Shown here piece by piece: positions 63,669 through 64,000 of a stretch of DNA of 64,000 nt. Numbering within the stretch: the stretch's first letter is position 1; the number at the start of each line of letters is the position of its first letter. The stretch is from assembly GCA_002633005.1 (NCBI GenBank), contig NMRA01000028.1:1077556-1141555 (forward strand). Reading direction: 5' to 3'. The translations under genes and the position numbers were made by a program. Origin of the DNA: Phoronis australis. Lineage: Eukaryota > Animalia > Phoronida. The notes under the pieces are model-generated. The model was not told the origin of the DNA and ran no database searches. It saw only the letters and a list, made by a program, of their open reading frames with translations.

Positions 63669-64000
63669 CTGGGAGAAAGTAAGCAGTATAAATCATATAT
63701 AAAACTTATCACATTAACATGGATGGATCACAGAATGCAATGCAATATTCAAACAAACCTTTTGTGCTGTACATCCCCAAATTCATTGGCTTCTGAGTCA
63801 CGCGATACAAATTAACACGTACAGGCTACTCTTGCGCTAATCAAAAAACTTCACAAGAACCTCCGGGTAATTTAGAAACAGGTCTGGAAGGGAGAATTCT
63901 TAAAGGATTATACCTGGTGCAAACGAGGATAAAATGCGCTTTGTATTCCATTACATTTTGGTTATATACTTTACAATGGAGTTGCCGAGAAGATACCCAA

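Overview
Eukaryotic (invertebrate animal, plausibly lophotrochozoan) draft genomic scaffold with three N-gaps. It is not prokaryotic, and most short ORFs in the track are noise or exon fragments. Two intron-rich genes converge tail-to-tail. (1) Plus strand 1688-24869: the last 13 coding exons (~3,010 codons, all GT-AG, all phases compatible) of a Fat/Fat4-type protocadherin. These encode ~16-17 cadherin repeats, 4 EGF, LamG, EGF, LamG, a degenerate EGF, a TM helix and a cytoplasmic tail ending EEYV. (2) Minus strand from at least 63668 down to 27410 (5' end outside the window): an unrecognised single-pass receptor assembled by hand from 19 intact exons (~1,430 codons). Its architecture is Ig x>=3 - TSP1 - FN3 array - TSP1 x2 - TM - short tail, with no catalytic domain. 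The FN3 exons follow an a-a-b repeat pattern; one further FN3 exon is disrupted, and one is duplicated across a gap (probably an uncollapsed haplotype). Introns contain a truncated LINE, several MITE families, a foldback-like palindrome and minisatellites. The best novelty candidate is the minus-strand receptor and its possible isoform mechanisms. Database searches are needed to say whether it is really undescribed.
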